A stretch of DNA of 64,000 nt from an uncultured Verrucomicrobiae bacterium. GTDB lineage: Bacteria; Verrucomicrobiota; Verrucomicrobiia; Chthoniobacterales; JAFAMB01. The notes beneath the pieces were generated by a model that saw nothing but the letters and a program-made list of their open reading frames with translations, searched no databases and was not told where the DNA came from. Below, piece by piece: positions 43,035 through 53,877 of this stretch. Where the stretch lies: positions 32,001 through 96,000 of the forward strand of contig CAWAIK010000003.1 in the NCBI GenBank assembly GCA_963782115.1. Direction: 5' to 3'. The position numbers and the translations under genes are program-made. Position 1 is the stretch's first letter. Each line of letters opens with the position of its first letter.

Positions 43035-43543
43035 TAACTACGGTGCATTAAAGGGTAGAGTAATTCTTGGAACCACCGAACGTCTAAATCGGGGAAGGAC
43101 GTGACCCCAGGCAGTGCAATTCGTATTATGCCAGCCGCGGCTATTAATGGGATAAGTTGCTTGGGCGTAGTAGAGTTAGCAACAGTTATGCCACTACGCA
43201 GCGCGGCAAGCGAGAGTTTATGGTAATCATTGAAGGAACAGATAAGAGCAAGCGAGGAGAGCGAGAACGATGGATGGCCCCTGAGGCCTCTAAGGCGGTC
43301 TTGACTCCGAAACTTATTAACTTTGAACAAGGTCGCAAGGCGCTCGAGAAGGGGCCTTAGAGGAAGAGCAGAGTCATGTGAGGTTGAGAAAGAGCATTAC
43401 CATCTGGCGCCCCAAAAACATAGAGGAGTCGTCTCCTAGCGGTCTCCAGTTCGACGATTAAAAAACCAAGTGAGTACATGATATTAAAAATTTCTCTTTT
43501 TTTTGCGATAAGCGCGTTTTTGTTAAAACGCTTCAACATTCTC

Positions 43544-43837
43544 TCAACTGCCAAAGAGATCAGGATCAAATTCAGGACTCCGCGATGGTTGGTACCAATT
43601 GTCGTTTTCAGAATTCGCAGCCTGCTGGTTACTGGGAAATGGACTTATGAGTCTGGCGTCAAATCCGGTGCCCGTTGAGGAACAACCTGTTGCAAGGACA
43701 ACGGTCGCCCCAAGCGCTACTGCTAGTAACGCAGCTCGCTCGATTTGCTTCGCGAAAACGCCGGCACAATGGTCAGGAAGTAGAGTAACCCTGCTCGAAG
43801 GACCCGCTGTTTGCACTAAGGATTGATTTATTTTCAT
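43544..43837 (-). CDS. small lipoprotein
   Basis: LLAVALGATVVLATGCSSTG, WYQPSRSPEFDPDL; paralog of 26213. Confidence 0.65.
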   Translation of the reverse strand: MKINQSLVQTAGPSSRVTLLPDHCAGVFAKQIERAALLAVALGATVVLATGCSSTGTGFDARLISPFPSNQQAANSENDNWYQPSRSPEFDPDLFGS

Positions 43838-43856
43838 TCGATGACTCCATAAATAA

Positions 43857-43883
43857 CTACCGGTATTCGTCCGCGTTTATTCC
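43857..43883 (-). promoter_or_regulatory. ECF-type promoter candidate
   Basis: GGAAT-N17-GGTAG upstream of the lipoprotein gene. Confidence 0.6.
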
Positions 43884-44189
43884 GAGAGCAACGCCCCTTC
43901 TCGTTAATTCTTTGCCGATCTCGAAGCCGATGCCGCGCGACGCTCCATCCCACATTTGTGGAAAGGGCTGTCCCGAAAATATCCACTCCTTGCGAAATTT
44001 CCGATTCCTAGTGCCCGATCAACTGAGCACCGAGAAGCCGTCCAGTTACTTTTATCTCCACAGATTCGAAAACACGATTTCTTGGGCGCCAGGATAGTAA
44101 GCTTTGTGATCCCAAAAGGCGGACTGATCGGTACGCTTTTCGAGCCTCTTTCTTCCCAAAGATTCGTGCGCGCGATCGCAAGGCTCAAA

Positions 44190-44428
44190 TACCTTGACCA
44201 CTTGAGTACCGAGCGACTGGCAAATTCTTGGGGAAGATCCCGAAAGATGTTTGGGCAATGGCTTCCTGAGCCATTGTCTGAATCTCGGCGAATGGTGCGG
44301 AGCCTGCCCTTTTTGATTCCAAACTCAACCAGTCTGAGACCTCAAGTTGGGCCAGGACTTTGCGTTGGCCTGGATTGGCGACTCCCCAATCCACGAAACT
44401 GTCCCAGGCGTGCTGCAGTCTATAGTGG
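44190..44428 (-). pseudogene. TetR-family C-terminal remnant
   Basis: LQHAWDSFVDWGVANPGQRKVLAQLEVSD. Confidence 0.5.
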
Positions 44429-44429
44429 T

Positions 44430-45344
44430 TCAGCTGGACCTTTTTAACTTTAGCACAACTCCATTCTGCCGATGATCGCGAATAAATTTTGCAAGTTCCA
44501 GTACACACCGACTCGCCTTCCGTCGGCGGGACATGGCGAGAGCGAGCGTCCGCCGAGGCGGGGTGCCGTCGAGCGAACGGTAAACAATACCCCCTTCCGG
44601 TCCTTGATTGCGGGCCATCTCGGGAATGAGTGAGATACCTAAGCCGGCCTGGACCATTGCCAGCACGGTGGCGATCTGGGCGCTGCGACAACTGATCTGG
44701 GGACGCAGTCCTTTGGTTTGACAAAACCGCTGGGCCTGGGCTCCGAGGCAATGATCCTCTTGCATGAGAATAAACTTTTCCTGCTGCAGATCTGCCGCGA
44801 CTACCACTCTCTGGCGGACCAGTGGGTGGCCAGCAGGCAGGCAAAGCAAGAGTTCCTCGCTGAAGAGGTTCTCGACCCGAATCCGAGGATTGGGAGCGGC
44901 ATCGCTGATCAGGGCGAGGTCGAATTCGTTTTCCTCCAGGCCCCGGAGGAGTTGTAACGTAGCCTCCTCGTGAATGATTAACTCGACACCGCGGTATTTT
45001 TCTCGAAACAGCCGGATGATCTCGGGCAGGAAATAAGGCGCGATAGTCGGAAGCGCGGCCAGGAGGACCTGTCCGCGAACCTGACCGCTCATCTCGCGGA
45101 TCTCTTGGCGTCCCCGCTCGGCCGTCTCAAGGATGCTCAGCGCATGCGGCAAAAAGAGCGCACCAGCGGGAGTGAGAATCGCTCGGCGCCGGGTCCGCTC
45201 GAAGAGTCGATCGCCAACCTCAGATTCCAGCTTTTGGATCTGCTGGCTGAGCGAGGGCTGGGCAACACGGCATTCGCCCGCGGCTCGACTGAAAGTGCCA
45301 GTGCGAGCCACTGCCACAAAATAGCGCAGCTGGTGCATCTCCAT
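44430..45344 (-). CDS. oxyR: OxyR-like LysR regulator
   Basis: LysR HTH; EDHCLGAQAQRFC two-Cys motif; divergent from catalase. Confidence 0.75.
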   Translation of the reverse strand: MEMHQLRYFVAVARTGTFSRAAGECRVAQPSLSQQIQKLESEVGDRLFERTRRRAILTPAGALFLPHALSILETAERGRQEIREMSGQVRGQVLLAALPTIAPYFLPEIIRLFREKYRGVELIIHEEATLQLLRGLEENEFDLALISDAAPNPRIRVENLFSEELLLCLPAGHPLVRQRVVVAADLQQEKFILMQEDHCLGAQAQRFCQTKGLRPQISCRSAQIATVLAMVQAGLGISLIPEMARNQGPEGGIVYRSLDGTPPRRTLALAMSRRRKASRCVLELAKFIRDHRQNGVVLKLKRSS

Positions 45345-45390
45345 AGGTTCATCCTATGTTACATATAGAAAACATATATTTCCACTCTAT
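45343..45390. promoter_or_regulatory. OxyR-type binding site
   Basis: ATAG-N7-CTAT-N7-ATAG-N7-ATAT-N7-CTAT. Confidence 0.8.
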
Positions 45391-45436
45391 GGAAAGAGCG
45401 ACTACGCTCCGTGATCAACCGTAATCAGGAGCAAGC

Positions 45437-46978
45437 ATGTCACAACAATCTAATCGGCCCCCGACCTTGACCACAGCATCTGGAGCACCAGTTGACGATA
45501 ACCAAAATAGTATCACTGCCGGCCCGCGTGGTCCGGTGTTGCTGCAGGACTATTGGTTGCTGGAAAAGTTGGCAACCTTTAATCGTGAGCGTATTCCGGA
45601 GCGAATCGTTCATGCGAAAGGCTCGGCCGCACACGGAACTTTGACGATCGCGAACGATATCACGAAGTATTCGAAGGCTGGGGTATTCAGCAAGGTAGGA
45701 AAACAGGTGCCGGCATACTTACGGTTTTCGACTGTAGCTGGTGAGCGGGGTGCAGCTGATGCAGAAAGAGATGTCCGCGGGTTTGCGCTCAAATTCTATA
45801 CTGAGGAAGGGAATTGGGATCTGGTGGGTAACAACACGCCAGTGTTTTTTGTTCGGGATCCATTGAAGTTTCCCGATTTCATTCATACCCAGAAAAGAGA
45901 TCCGAAGACGAACCTGCGCAATAATGCCGCAGCCTGGGATTTCTGGAGCCTATCACCCGAGTCGCTTCACCAGGTGACGATTCTGATGAGTGATCGTGGA
46001 TTGCCACAAAATTTCCGCCAGATGAACGGATTTGGTTCCCATACCTACAGCTTCATCAATGCGAAAGGCGAAAGGTACTGGGTGAAATTCCATTTCACGA
46101 CCATGCAGGGTCATGCCTTTTACACCGATCAGGAAGCGGCCGAGGTGGTCGGCAGTGACCGCGAGTCAGCCCAGCGAGATCTTTTCGAAAACATCGAGGG
46201 TGGCAACTATCCCCGGTGGCGTTTCTGCGTCCAGGTTATGCCTGAAGATGAAGCGGAAACTTATCGCTGGAATCCGTTCGATCTGACCAAGGTTTGGCCG
46301 CACGCCGATTACCCGCTGATTGAAATCGGTATCCTGGAGCTGAATCGCAATCCAGAAAATTATTTTGCCGAGGTGGAACAAGCTGCATTTTCGCCGGCCA
46401 ATATTGTGCCAGGGATCGGTCACTCGCCGGATAAGATGCTGCAGGCGCGAATCTTTTCCTACGCTGACGCCCATCGTTATCGGCTCGGAGTGAACCATGA
46501 TTTGATTCCTGTTAATAAACCCCGTTGTCCAGTCATGAATTACCATCGGGACGGCTTCATGCGGGTCGATGAGAATGGTGGCGGACGCGTAAATTACGAA
46601 CCGAACAGTTTCAATGGTCCAGTGCAACGCGCGGCCTTTGATGAACCGCCGCTGCGCATCACGGGTGACGCGACTCGTTACAATCACCGCGACGGCAACG
46701 ATGATTATACGCAGGCGGGCAATCTATTTCGATTAATGAACCCGGAACAGCGTGACCGTTTATTTGGGAACATCGCTCGACACATGCAAGCAGGCAATAC
46801 ACCGCAAGAAATTCAGGTGCGTCAACTCTGCCATTTCTTCCGTGCGGATCCCGGATACGGGTTTGGGGTCTCAAAAGCACTTGGCATCGAACTGAGCGAG
46901 GATGTGGTTCGAAGCCTTGTATCAGCCTCGACCGGCGACAGTGAATTGGTCGCTGCGGAAGTGCCGAGTTCGCACTGA
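45437..46978 (+). CDS. katA: monofunctional small-subunit heme catalase
   Basis: [46 protein letters not shown]. Confidence 0.95.
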   Translation: MSQQSNRPPTLTTASGAPVDDNQNSITAGPRGPVLLQDYWLLEKLATFNRERIPERIVHAKGSAAHGTLTIANDITKYSKAGVFSKVGKQVPAYLRFSTVAGERGAADAERDVRGFALKFYTEEGNWDLVGNNTPVFFVRDPLKFPDFIHTQKRDPKTNLRNNAAAWDFWSLSPESLHQVTILMSDRGLPQNFRQMNGFGSHTYSFINAKGERYWVKFHFTTMQGHAFYTDQEAAEVVGSDRESAQRDLFENIEGGNYPRWRFCVQVMPEDEAETYRWNPFDLTKVWPHADYPLIEIGILELNRNPENYFAEVEQAAFSPANIVPGIGHSPDKMLQARIFSYADAHRYRLGVNHDLIPVNKPRCPVMNYHRDGFMRVDENGGGRVNYEPNSFNGPVQRAAFDEPPLRITGDATRYNHRDGNDDYTQAGNLFRLMNPEQRDRLFGNIARHMQAGNTPQEIQVRQLCHFFRADPGYGFGVSKALGIELSEDVVRSLVSASTGDSELVAAEVPSSH

Positions 46979-47101
46979 CGTAGAGGAGGACCGCCGTCAA
47001 ATTCTTGCCCTCACAGAGCAAGAATTTGCTCGGCCCTCTTTGGAGAGCAGTTTCTACAGGTGCTCGCTGTCGTTGGGCGGGGGCAAAAGCGCAGGTGTGA
47101 G

Positions 47102-48253
47102 ATGAGCATATTTTGTTTTGGCCTTAGCCATCAGACAGCGGCAGTCGACGTGCTCGAGAGATTCGCGATTCCGGAATCTGCTTTGCCCGAAGCATTGGTG
47201 CGACTGAAGAGTATGCCAGGGCTCACCGAGGGCCTCATTGTCTCAACTTGCAATCGAACGGAATTTTATGTCACCGGAGAGTTCCGGGACAGCTCGGCTC
47301 CGGCTTTTTTCGAGAGCTTCTATCGAGATTTCCTGGCCGGCGACGAAACGCATCTGTTCCGCCTATGGGCTAACCACTGTGTTCGTCACCTGTTTCAAGT
47401 AGCTTCTGGTCTGGAATCGATGGTCGTTGGAGAAACGGAAATTTTTGGCCAGGTCAAGCGTGCTTACGAGTTTGCGACTGGCGCAAAGACGACTGGCAAG
47501 CTCCTGAATCGACTTTTTCAAAAATCGTTTCAAGTAGGTAAACAGGTACGCTCTTCTACTGCGATCACGCGTGGTAATGTTTCCGTCGGTTCCGTGGCGG
47601 TGGATTTGGCAGAACAGATCTTTGGAGATCTAGACGGGTGCAAGATCATGATTCTCGGAGCTGGCGAAACCAGCGAAAAGACCGCAAAAGCTTTTCGGTC
47701 TCGCGGAGCGGAACAAATTTTTGTCTCCAGTCGCTCTTTCGAGCGAGCGCAAGCTTTGGCGACAATTACTGGCGGACGAGCAATTCATTTTGAGGATTGG
47801 GAGCAAGAGTTCCGCGACCTGGATATACTAGTCAGTTCGACGGCAGCTCCGCACGCGATCATCACCCTGGATAAGTTAGCGCCGTTCTTGCGAGCTCGCC
47901 GGCACCGGCCGCTCTTCATGATCGATTTGGCGATGCCACGTGACATCGAGCCGGCCGTTCGCAAGTTGGACGGCGTTTATTTGTACGACCTCGATTCGGT
48001 GCAGAGTATGGCTGGGCAAACTCTCGCGGTTCGTAAGCAAGAATCGGTAAAATGTCATCAGCTAATTGAACATCACGTTCAGGACTTTCAGCTGTGGATT
48101 GAACGCACCCAGACATCGAATTTTCCCTCGATCGTCGTCGAATTGCAGGGGGGCGAAAAAGCCAGCCTTACCGACCCGCGCGGGCCGACCGCAGCGCGAT
48201 TCTGGCCACAGCGGGAGTGGAGGCCGACGCCACTGGCTCGTGATCTAGCCTAA
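47102..48253 (+). CDS. hemA: glutamyl-tRNA reductase
   Basis: GLSHQTA, STCNRTE, ASGLESMVVGETEIFGQVK, LGAGE, DLAMPRDIE. Confidence 0.92.
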   Translation: MSIFCFGLSHQTAAVDVLERFAIPESALPEALVRLKSMPGLTEGLIVSTCNRTEFYVTGEFRDSSAPAFFESFYRDFLAGDETHLFRLWANHCVRHLFQVASGLESMVVGETEIFGQVKRAYEFATGAKTTGKLLNRLFQKSFQVGKQVRSSTAITRGNVSVGSVAVDLAEQIFGDLDGCKIMILGAGETSEKTAKAFRSRGAEQIFVSSRSFERAQALATITGGRAIHFEDWEQEFRDLDILVSSTAAPHAIITLDKLAPFLRARRHRPLFMIDLAMPRDIEPAVRKLDGVYLYDLDSVQSMAGQTLAVRKQESVKCHQLIEHHVQDFQLWIERTQTSNFPSIVVELQGGEKASLTDPRGPTAARFWPQREWRPTPLARDLA

Positions 48254-48438
48254 AGCAATGTTCAGCTTCGTGGGACATGTCAAAACACAGTTTGATTTGA
48301 ACCTACCGGGAGATTTTATATTTATCAGAGTATGAGTTCCGTCAGCTCGGTGGTTGGCCTCAGTACGGCCTGTATAAAGGACGTGATCAGACTCTAAAAC
48401 AAGTTAGCGAGGAAACGGTTTTTGAAAATCAACAGCGG

Positions 48439-49035
48439 TCAGATCTCCGCTTTAAGGGTGGAGAAGCTCTCTCGCAGGTACTTCACTAAAGACCGCTTCC
48501 CGTTCTCTTGCCTCCAGGATTCCATCGCGAGGCGCATCGCGCCAATCGAGACCATCGCAACCATTCCAAGCGAGTCCCTCCGCTTTGGCTGCGGCCACAG
48601 CTCACAAAGAGCAGCAAAGACATTTTGCTCCATCTCTACAAAGACGGCTTGTTTGCGTGTACGAAGCCCTTCGGTCGATCCCATCAGTCCATCGACCACA
48701 ATGGATTCCTTGGTCTCATAACGTGAGATCAGTTGCAGGAGGCAGTTTCGAACAGCGTCAAGCGGCGTTTGATCTGTCGACTGCTCAAGCATGGCGGGCT
48801 TAAGAGCTTTCAGGAAGCCGCCCCCTTGGCACGCCATCAGGATGTCCTCTTTAGACTTGAAGTAGTAGAAGAACGTCCGCCGGGCGATACCAGCCTCCGC
48901 AGCAATCGCTTCGAGAGTCGTTCCTTCGTAGCCGTTTTCCACAAAGAGTTTCAGCCCGGTCTCCGTGATGCGTTGCAGCGTTTCCCGCTTTTTCCGCTCG
49001 CGAAGCCCCTTATTCTTTGTGGAAGTGTCTTGCAT
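48439..49035 (-). CDS. TetR-family regulator
   Basis: GLRERKKRET...TTLEAIAAEAGIARRTFFYYFKSKED. Confidence 0.92.
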   Translation of the reverse strand: MQDTSTKNKGLRERKKRETLQRITETGLKLFVENGYEGTTLEAIAAEAGIARRTFFYYFKSKEDILMACQGGGFLKALKPAMLEQSTDQTPLDAVRNCLLQLISRYETKESIVVDGLMGSTEGLRTRKQAVFVEMEQNVFAALCELWPQPKRRDSLGMVAMVSIGAMRLAMESWRQENGKRSLVKYLRESFSTLKAEI

Positions 49036-49249
49036 GTCCGAACGTCGCATCCACTCATTGTAAACGTGCACTCGGTGCGATGTAAAATCTTCGCTTCTGA
49101 CATCAGTGTTGAGGCTCGTGAAAACCGCATCCAGAGTCGCAGAGAGGACCTTTGGAGCAATCACTCAGCAGGATCTTGCAAAACTTAGCACTGGGTGTAA
49201 TATCACTAAACTTGCACTGAGTGCGATTTATTAAGAAGAGGAGACTGTA

Positions 49250-49858
49250 ATGAGAGTTATTGTTATCGGCACTGGGACGATCGGGTCCGCAGTCAAGAAG
49301 GCAATGGAAGAAAAGGGTCATGAGGTCGTACCGGTGTCCCGCAACTCTGGGGAGTTCCGCGCAGATATCTCTGATTCGGAGAGCCTTAAGGCGCTCTTCA
49401 GAAAGGTCGGCCACTTCGATGCCGTGGCGTGCGCGGCGGGCGATGTCTTTCCGGCACTCCTCGAGCAGACCACCGACGAGCAATGGGCGAATTCGATCAA
49501 GTCCAAAGGGATGGGGCAAATCGACCTGGTCAGAGCGGCGCTGCCATTCATTGCCGACAGGGGATCATTTACATTGGTGTCGGGCGTTCTGACCGACGAA
49601 TACACGGCCGGCGGCGTTATCGGAACGGTTATCAATCATATAGTCGAGGGCTTTACCAAGGCGGCGGCCGTCGAGCTGCCGCGTGGCGTGCGGATCAACT
49701 GCATTAGCCCAACGGTGCTAACGGAGTCGGTGGTCTACCATCCGTTCTTCCCCGGCTTCATACCTGTGGACGCCCGGGAGGTCGGGCAAGCTTATGTACG
49801 AGCGATTTCGAACCCGTTCACCGGCCGCATCCTCAAGCTGCACAAGACCGATTCGTGA
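49250..49858 (+). CDS. short-chain dehydrogenase
   Basis: VIGTGTIG, SKGMGQIDLV, GSFTLVSG, RINCISP; AGAGGAG RBS. Confidence 0.9.
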   Translation: MRVIVIGTGTIGSAVKKAMEEKGHEVVPVSRNSGEFRADISDSESLKALFRKVGHFDAVACAAGDVFPALLEQTTDEQWANSIKSKGMGQIDLVRAALPFIADRGSFTLVSGVLTDEYTAGGVIGTVINHIVEGFTKAAAVELPRGVRINCISPTVLTESVVYHPFFPGFIPVDAREVGQAYVRAISNPFTGRILKLHKTDS

Positions 49859-50349
49859 CAGCCGGCGCGCCGTCTATGAGCGCCATCCCTGACTCGACTC
49901 GCGTCCCACTCGTGGCTTCCAGTGTCAACGGAGCCGAATGGAAGATTGGACAGGGTTTCTTTAGGGACTTTGTCAAGCTTCCCATTCCCTGGCGAAAGGC
50001 CGGCTGCGCGGCGATGGCCGGCGAGAACGCCGATTGCAATGTCATCGTAAACAGGATCGTGGCTGGGCCTTCCGGCATGGATTTCGCCGGCACCCTCGCG
50101 GAGCTGGCCGAAGGCGTCAGGGAATTCGCTTGGGGGGATCGAGTTTTCGGTGCCACGCAAAAAGCCAAGCATCTGAAAAGCTCCTATAAGATTACAATGA
50201 AGCAGTTATGGCCAGCATCATTGGACTGAGTGGCAGTCTCCTGCGCGCATCTTTCAACGCCATGCTGCTTCGCGCCAGCCTCCCAGCTGGCGCCGGCCGG
50301 AACTACTGTTGAAATCGCCTCGATACGCGGCATTTCCTTTGTACGACGG

Positions 50350-50540
50350 CGATGGTACAGGAATTGAAGACGAGGATCGTCGCGACGGACGGTCTTTTGA
50401 TCGTTACGCCCGAATACAACAATTCGATTCCCGGCGTCCTGAAGAATGCGTTTGATTCGGTGTCCAGACCTGCCGAAGACATCCAGAACGCGTTCGGCGG
50501 CCGGCCCGTGGCCGTCATAGGCGCGACCCCGGGCAGGGGG
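50350..50540 (+). pseudogene. NADPH-dependent FMN reductase fragment
   Basis: DGLLIVTPEYNNSIPGVLKNAFD..SRP...GRPVAVIGATPG. Confidence 0.85.
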
Positions 50541-50609
50541 GTACTTCGCTCGCGAAGACAGCATGGCTTCCAGTCTAGTGGACGCTTGGTAAAACCTCTT
50601 GGTTCGGCG

Positions 50610-51230
50610 GCAGTTCCTATGTTTGCGGATTTAGTGAAGGTTATAACGTCAATTCCCGAATAGGACGTCATCCAAAACCAAAAATCATGGCCGCCGATCG
50701 CGACATTGAAGACGCCCGGTGGAAGCAATTCACGAATATGTTCTGAGATGCGCACCACGGTAAGTGGGGTAAATGGAGATGCTCTCAGAACGACTGTTTC
50801 ACCAGCCAGTAACGCTGGGGAGTACCTTCCCGAATGAAAATATAATTGGCAAATTCCATGGGCTGCTAGCACCGCCATCAGTCGGAACATAACGCTTCGT
50901 GATGTGCCTATATGTTGCAGTTCTTGTTCTTTCTCATATAGTTCCATTTGCATGAGGACCGGTCTAAACGTTTTGTTAAGCAGATCGATTTCCCACCGTG
51001 CTTGAGCTAAAGGGCCGCCCTGTTCTGCAGTAAACAGCCCGCTCAACTCATCGGCGTGTTCGTCTATTTTGTTGCGCAAGCTAGCCAATGTTGCTTTTCG
51101 GCGTCCGAATGGAACAGCACCCCATCCTGCAAATGCATTTCGCGCATCACTGATTGCCTTATTTAACAACGCGCGATTTACATAGGGAATGGCGGCTAGT
51201 TGCTTTCCAGTAGCAGGCTTGATGACAGAT
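50610..51230 (-). pseudogene. aldehyde dehydrogenase N-terminal remnant
   Basis: VIKPATGKQLA, TAEQGGPLAQARWEI, PALLAGETVVLRASPFTPLT, LPPGVFNV. Confidence 0.8.
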
Positions 51231-51395
51231 AGTAGAGATTCATCCTCCAAACCGATAAAGCACTGAACCGTAAAAACGGCTTTTCTTTGTCCCAATTGCC
51301 GTAATCGGTGTCTCAAATAGGATCGAGATGAAGTAATGTGGACGTAGTATTTACTTCGTTCGCTCAGCTTCGAAGCCAGATCGAATTCTAGTTAG

Positions 51396-51520
51396 TAAGG
51401 CGGTAGCGATCCTCGGCTCCGGCGTTACGGGAGTTCAAGGCGACATATCAAACCTGGATGACCTCGCCAGGTCTTCTCAATGGGCTGGCGAAGACGGGAA
51501 TGCTGGTTCTCCAGGCAGGA
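51396..51520 (+). repeat. internally deleted copy of the SDR gene at 53878
   Basis: Matches ~54009-54079 joined directly to ~54432-54468. Confidence 0.85.
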
Positions 51521-51709
51521 CTTTGCCTCCTCAGTCGTGGTGTGGGCGGCAACGCTAATATTCATCAGCCGCTTCGATCGATCAAGCTCGGTCCGAAACA
51601 TGACTTCTTTCGCTCAGAAATCCAAAGGTACAAATTTATTCGGAACCGTTTTACTTGTCTTCTGACCAATTTGTGCTTAAATAACCTTAAGTAAGTGTAA
51701 TTACACCTA

Positions 51710-52189
51710 ATGCAACAAGAAACGCATAAAAGATTGCACGCGCCCGAGCTTGGTCCCTGCGTCTGTTCTCAGGTTCGCAGATTAGCGAGGAAACTTTCCT
51801 CCCTTTACGACACTCTTTTGTCTCCCGAGGGCCTCACCATCACGCAGTATTCGTTACTCGCTAACATTGAGCGCGCCGGCCAACTGAGCCACACGGTCCT
51901 AGCCGACAAGGTCGGGATGGAACGCACCACATTGACGCGCAATCTACGTCCGCTCACGAGGGCGAAATGGGTTGCCGCCGGGACCGGTAACGATCGACGG
52001 CAACACTTGCTTCAACTCACAGCAGCAGGAAGGCGGAAGCTGGTTCGCAGTTTGCCATTGTGGGAGGAAGCACAACGTCAATTTTTTTCTCAGATCGGTA
52101 CCGAATCCTTGCAGGAACTCAGAGCGCTCCTTGCCTTGTCGGAATCAGCCGTCACGAAAACTCTTACCGCAAATCAAGCTAAACCGTAG
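51710..52189 (+). CDS. MarR-family regulator
   Basis: CVCSQVRRLARKL, LTITQYSLL, MERTTLTRNL, DRR..LTAAG. Confidence 0.9.
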   Translation: MQQETHKRLHAPELGPCVCSQVRRLARKLSSLYDTLLSPEGLTITQYSLLANIERAGQLSHTVLADKVGMERTTLTRNLRPLTRAKWVAAGTGNDRRQHLLQLTAAGRRKLVRSLPLWEEAQRQFFSQIGTESLQELRALLALSESAVTKTLTANQAKP

Positions 52190-52207
52190 CCCGCGCGATT
52201 ATGCACT

Positions 52208-53299
52208 ATGGAACTCCGGCATCTACGATATTTTGTAGCAGTAGGTGAAGCACTGAACTTCACCAAGGCCGCTGCGCGACTTCGAGTCGCACAACCCGCG
52301 TTAAGCCGACAGGTGCAGGATCTGGAGGATGAAATCGGCGTGGACCTTCTGCACCGCAGTACGCGCGGCGTGACACTTACGGCGGAGGGAAGGGTTTTTT
52401 TGGAAGAAGTCCGCGAGCTGCTAAAGCGCGCGCACGAGTCCGTGGAAAAAGTCCGCGCACTAGGCCGTGGAGAATACAGCGAGTTGCGCGTTGGCTACAC
52501 GCCAACTTTAGCGGTGGAAATTTTGCCGCCAGGGATTGCGGCGTTTCGAAAATCCACGCCGCGCGCAAAGGTACGGCTGTATGACCTCCTAAACGATGAA
52601 CTCGTCACCGGATTACGAAATGGCACGTTGGACCTCGCGATCATGGCCCAACTCAACGGCGCCCACACCGCAGGCATCGAGTTTGAATTGCTACGCACCT
52701 ACCCGGTGTGTGTCGCGCTGCCTGCTACGCACCCTTTCACTCGTCTGAAATCGGTCCCATTGGAAAAGGTTGCTGCCGAACCACTCATCGGACTCCGCCG
52801 CGAGGATTATCCCGAGTATTATCGTGGCCTCGAGAGCATCTTCGCTCCAATCGGCGTCAAACCACGCATCGCAATGGAATGCGACGCCACTAGTTCGCTC
52901 CTCATTGAAGTTGAAGCCGGGCACGGCATCGCATTGTGCATACCGATTTTCGAGCTCGTGACTGGCAAACGTCTGGTTTACCGCCCGGTCACCGGAACAA
53001 CGGAATTGGTGTCCATCGGCATCGCCCGCGCTACGAAGGGTGATGTGACACCCGCCGGGGCTAAATTTTGCGAAATATTGCGAAATATTTCAAACGGAGC
53101 GACTGCCGACAAACCAAGCCGGAACGGTCTTCACCGATTTTTTCCTGCGAATCATTCAGCAGATCACGACGAAAGTCACCGCTATCCCATAACCGACGGT
53201 CAGCACTCCCACGACTTTCAGAACTACGGGTCACCACACCCAACGCCAAAAAATCATACGATAACGCTCAGTGCGTCCGAGAGGCGACGCGCTTGTTAA
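52208..53299 (+). CDS. LysR-family regulator
   Basis: MELRHLRYFVAV..NFTKAAARLRVAQPALSRQ; C-terminal ~60 aa may be read-through. Confidence 0.92.
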   Translation: MELRHLRYFVAVGEALNFTKAAARLRVAQPALSRQVQDLEDEIGVDLLHRSTRGVTLTAEGRVFLEEVRELLKRAHESVEKVRALGRGEYSELRVGYTPTLAVEILPPGIAAFRKSTPRAKVRLYDLLNDELVTGLRNGTLDLAIMAQLNGAHTAGIEFELLRTYPVCVALPATHPFTRLKSVPLEKVAAEPLIGLRREDYPEYYRGLESIFAPIGVKPRIAMECDATSSLLIEVEAGHGIALCIPIFELVTGKRLVYRPVTGTTELVSIGIARATKGDVTPAGAKFCEILRNISNGATADKPSRNGLHRFFPANHSADHDESHRYPITDGQHSHDFQNYGSPHPTPKNHTITLSASERRRAC

Positions 53300-53353
53300 T
53301 CTGAGGATTGTCCCGCACCATGCCGCCGCTGAAGTCGGTCGCAATCTGTGCGT

Positions 53354-53692
53354 TCAAACGACCTCTTTCTGAGGGAACTTCTTTCCCAGTACACGCTTCC
53401 TATTCTGGTCTCCCCAGGCGCAAAGCGGAGCTAGCGATTTACCCAGCGACCTTCCGAATGGCGTGATGGAATACTCTACTTTAGGCGGAACCTGTTGATA
53501 ATCCTTACGCACCAATAAGTCGCTCTCCTGCATTTGCCGCAGATCCTGTATCAACATCTTCTCGCTTATCCCCGGCAGCAGCCGTCGAAGTTCGCCGAAC
53601 CGTCGAGGTGCGTGGCACAGACGGTAAAGGATAAGCATCTTCCACTTTCCTCCAATCAGAGCTAATACTGTGTCCAGTCCGCAATCAGTCAT
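53354..53692 (-). CDS. HxlR-family regulator
   Basis: IGGKWKMLIL, RFGELRR..GISEKML, VPPKVEYSIT. Confidence 0.9.
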   Translation of the reverse strand: MTDCGLDTVLALIGGKWKMLILYRLCHAPRRFGELRRLLPGISEKMLIQDLRQMQESDLLVRKDYQQVPPKVEYSITPFGRSLGKSLAPLCAWGDQNRKRVLGKKFPQKEVV

Positions 53693-53877
53693 CGAGAGAA
53701 CCTCCAAACAATTTTGATACTTACCTAAAAGTAGGTACTTGTCCATTGTAAAGCAACGATCTAGTCTTGCATCAAGGTAATTGCAGAAGAGGAAGAAGAC
53801 ATCTTCTTCTACGAAGGCATCAGGCCGCACAAACGGAAGTCTGGACTGGTACTTCATGGAATACGAAAGGTCAGAAT

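Noticed and set aside
50303..51316. 337-aa ORF as an intact aldehyde dehydrogenase
   Set aside because: Motifs are degraded, the catalytic half is missing and the 3' part runs antisense through an FMN reductase fragment.
53767..53877. Longer N-terminus for the SDR and for the overlapping HxlR ORF (to 53857)
   Set aside because: Family homology begins at 53878 and 53692; the extensions cross the divergent promoter region.
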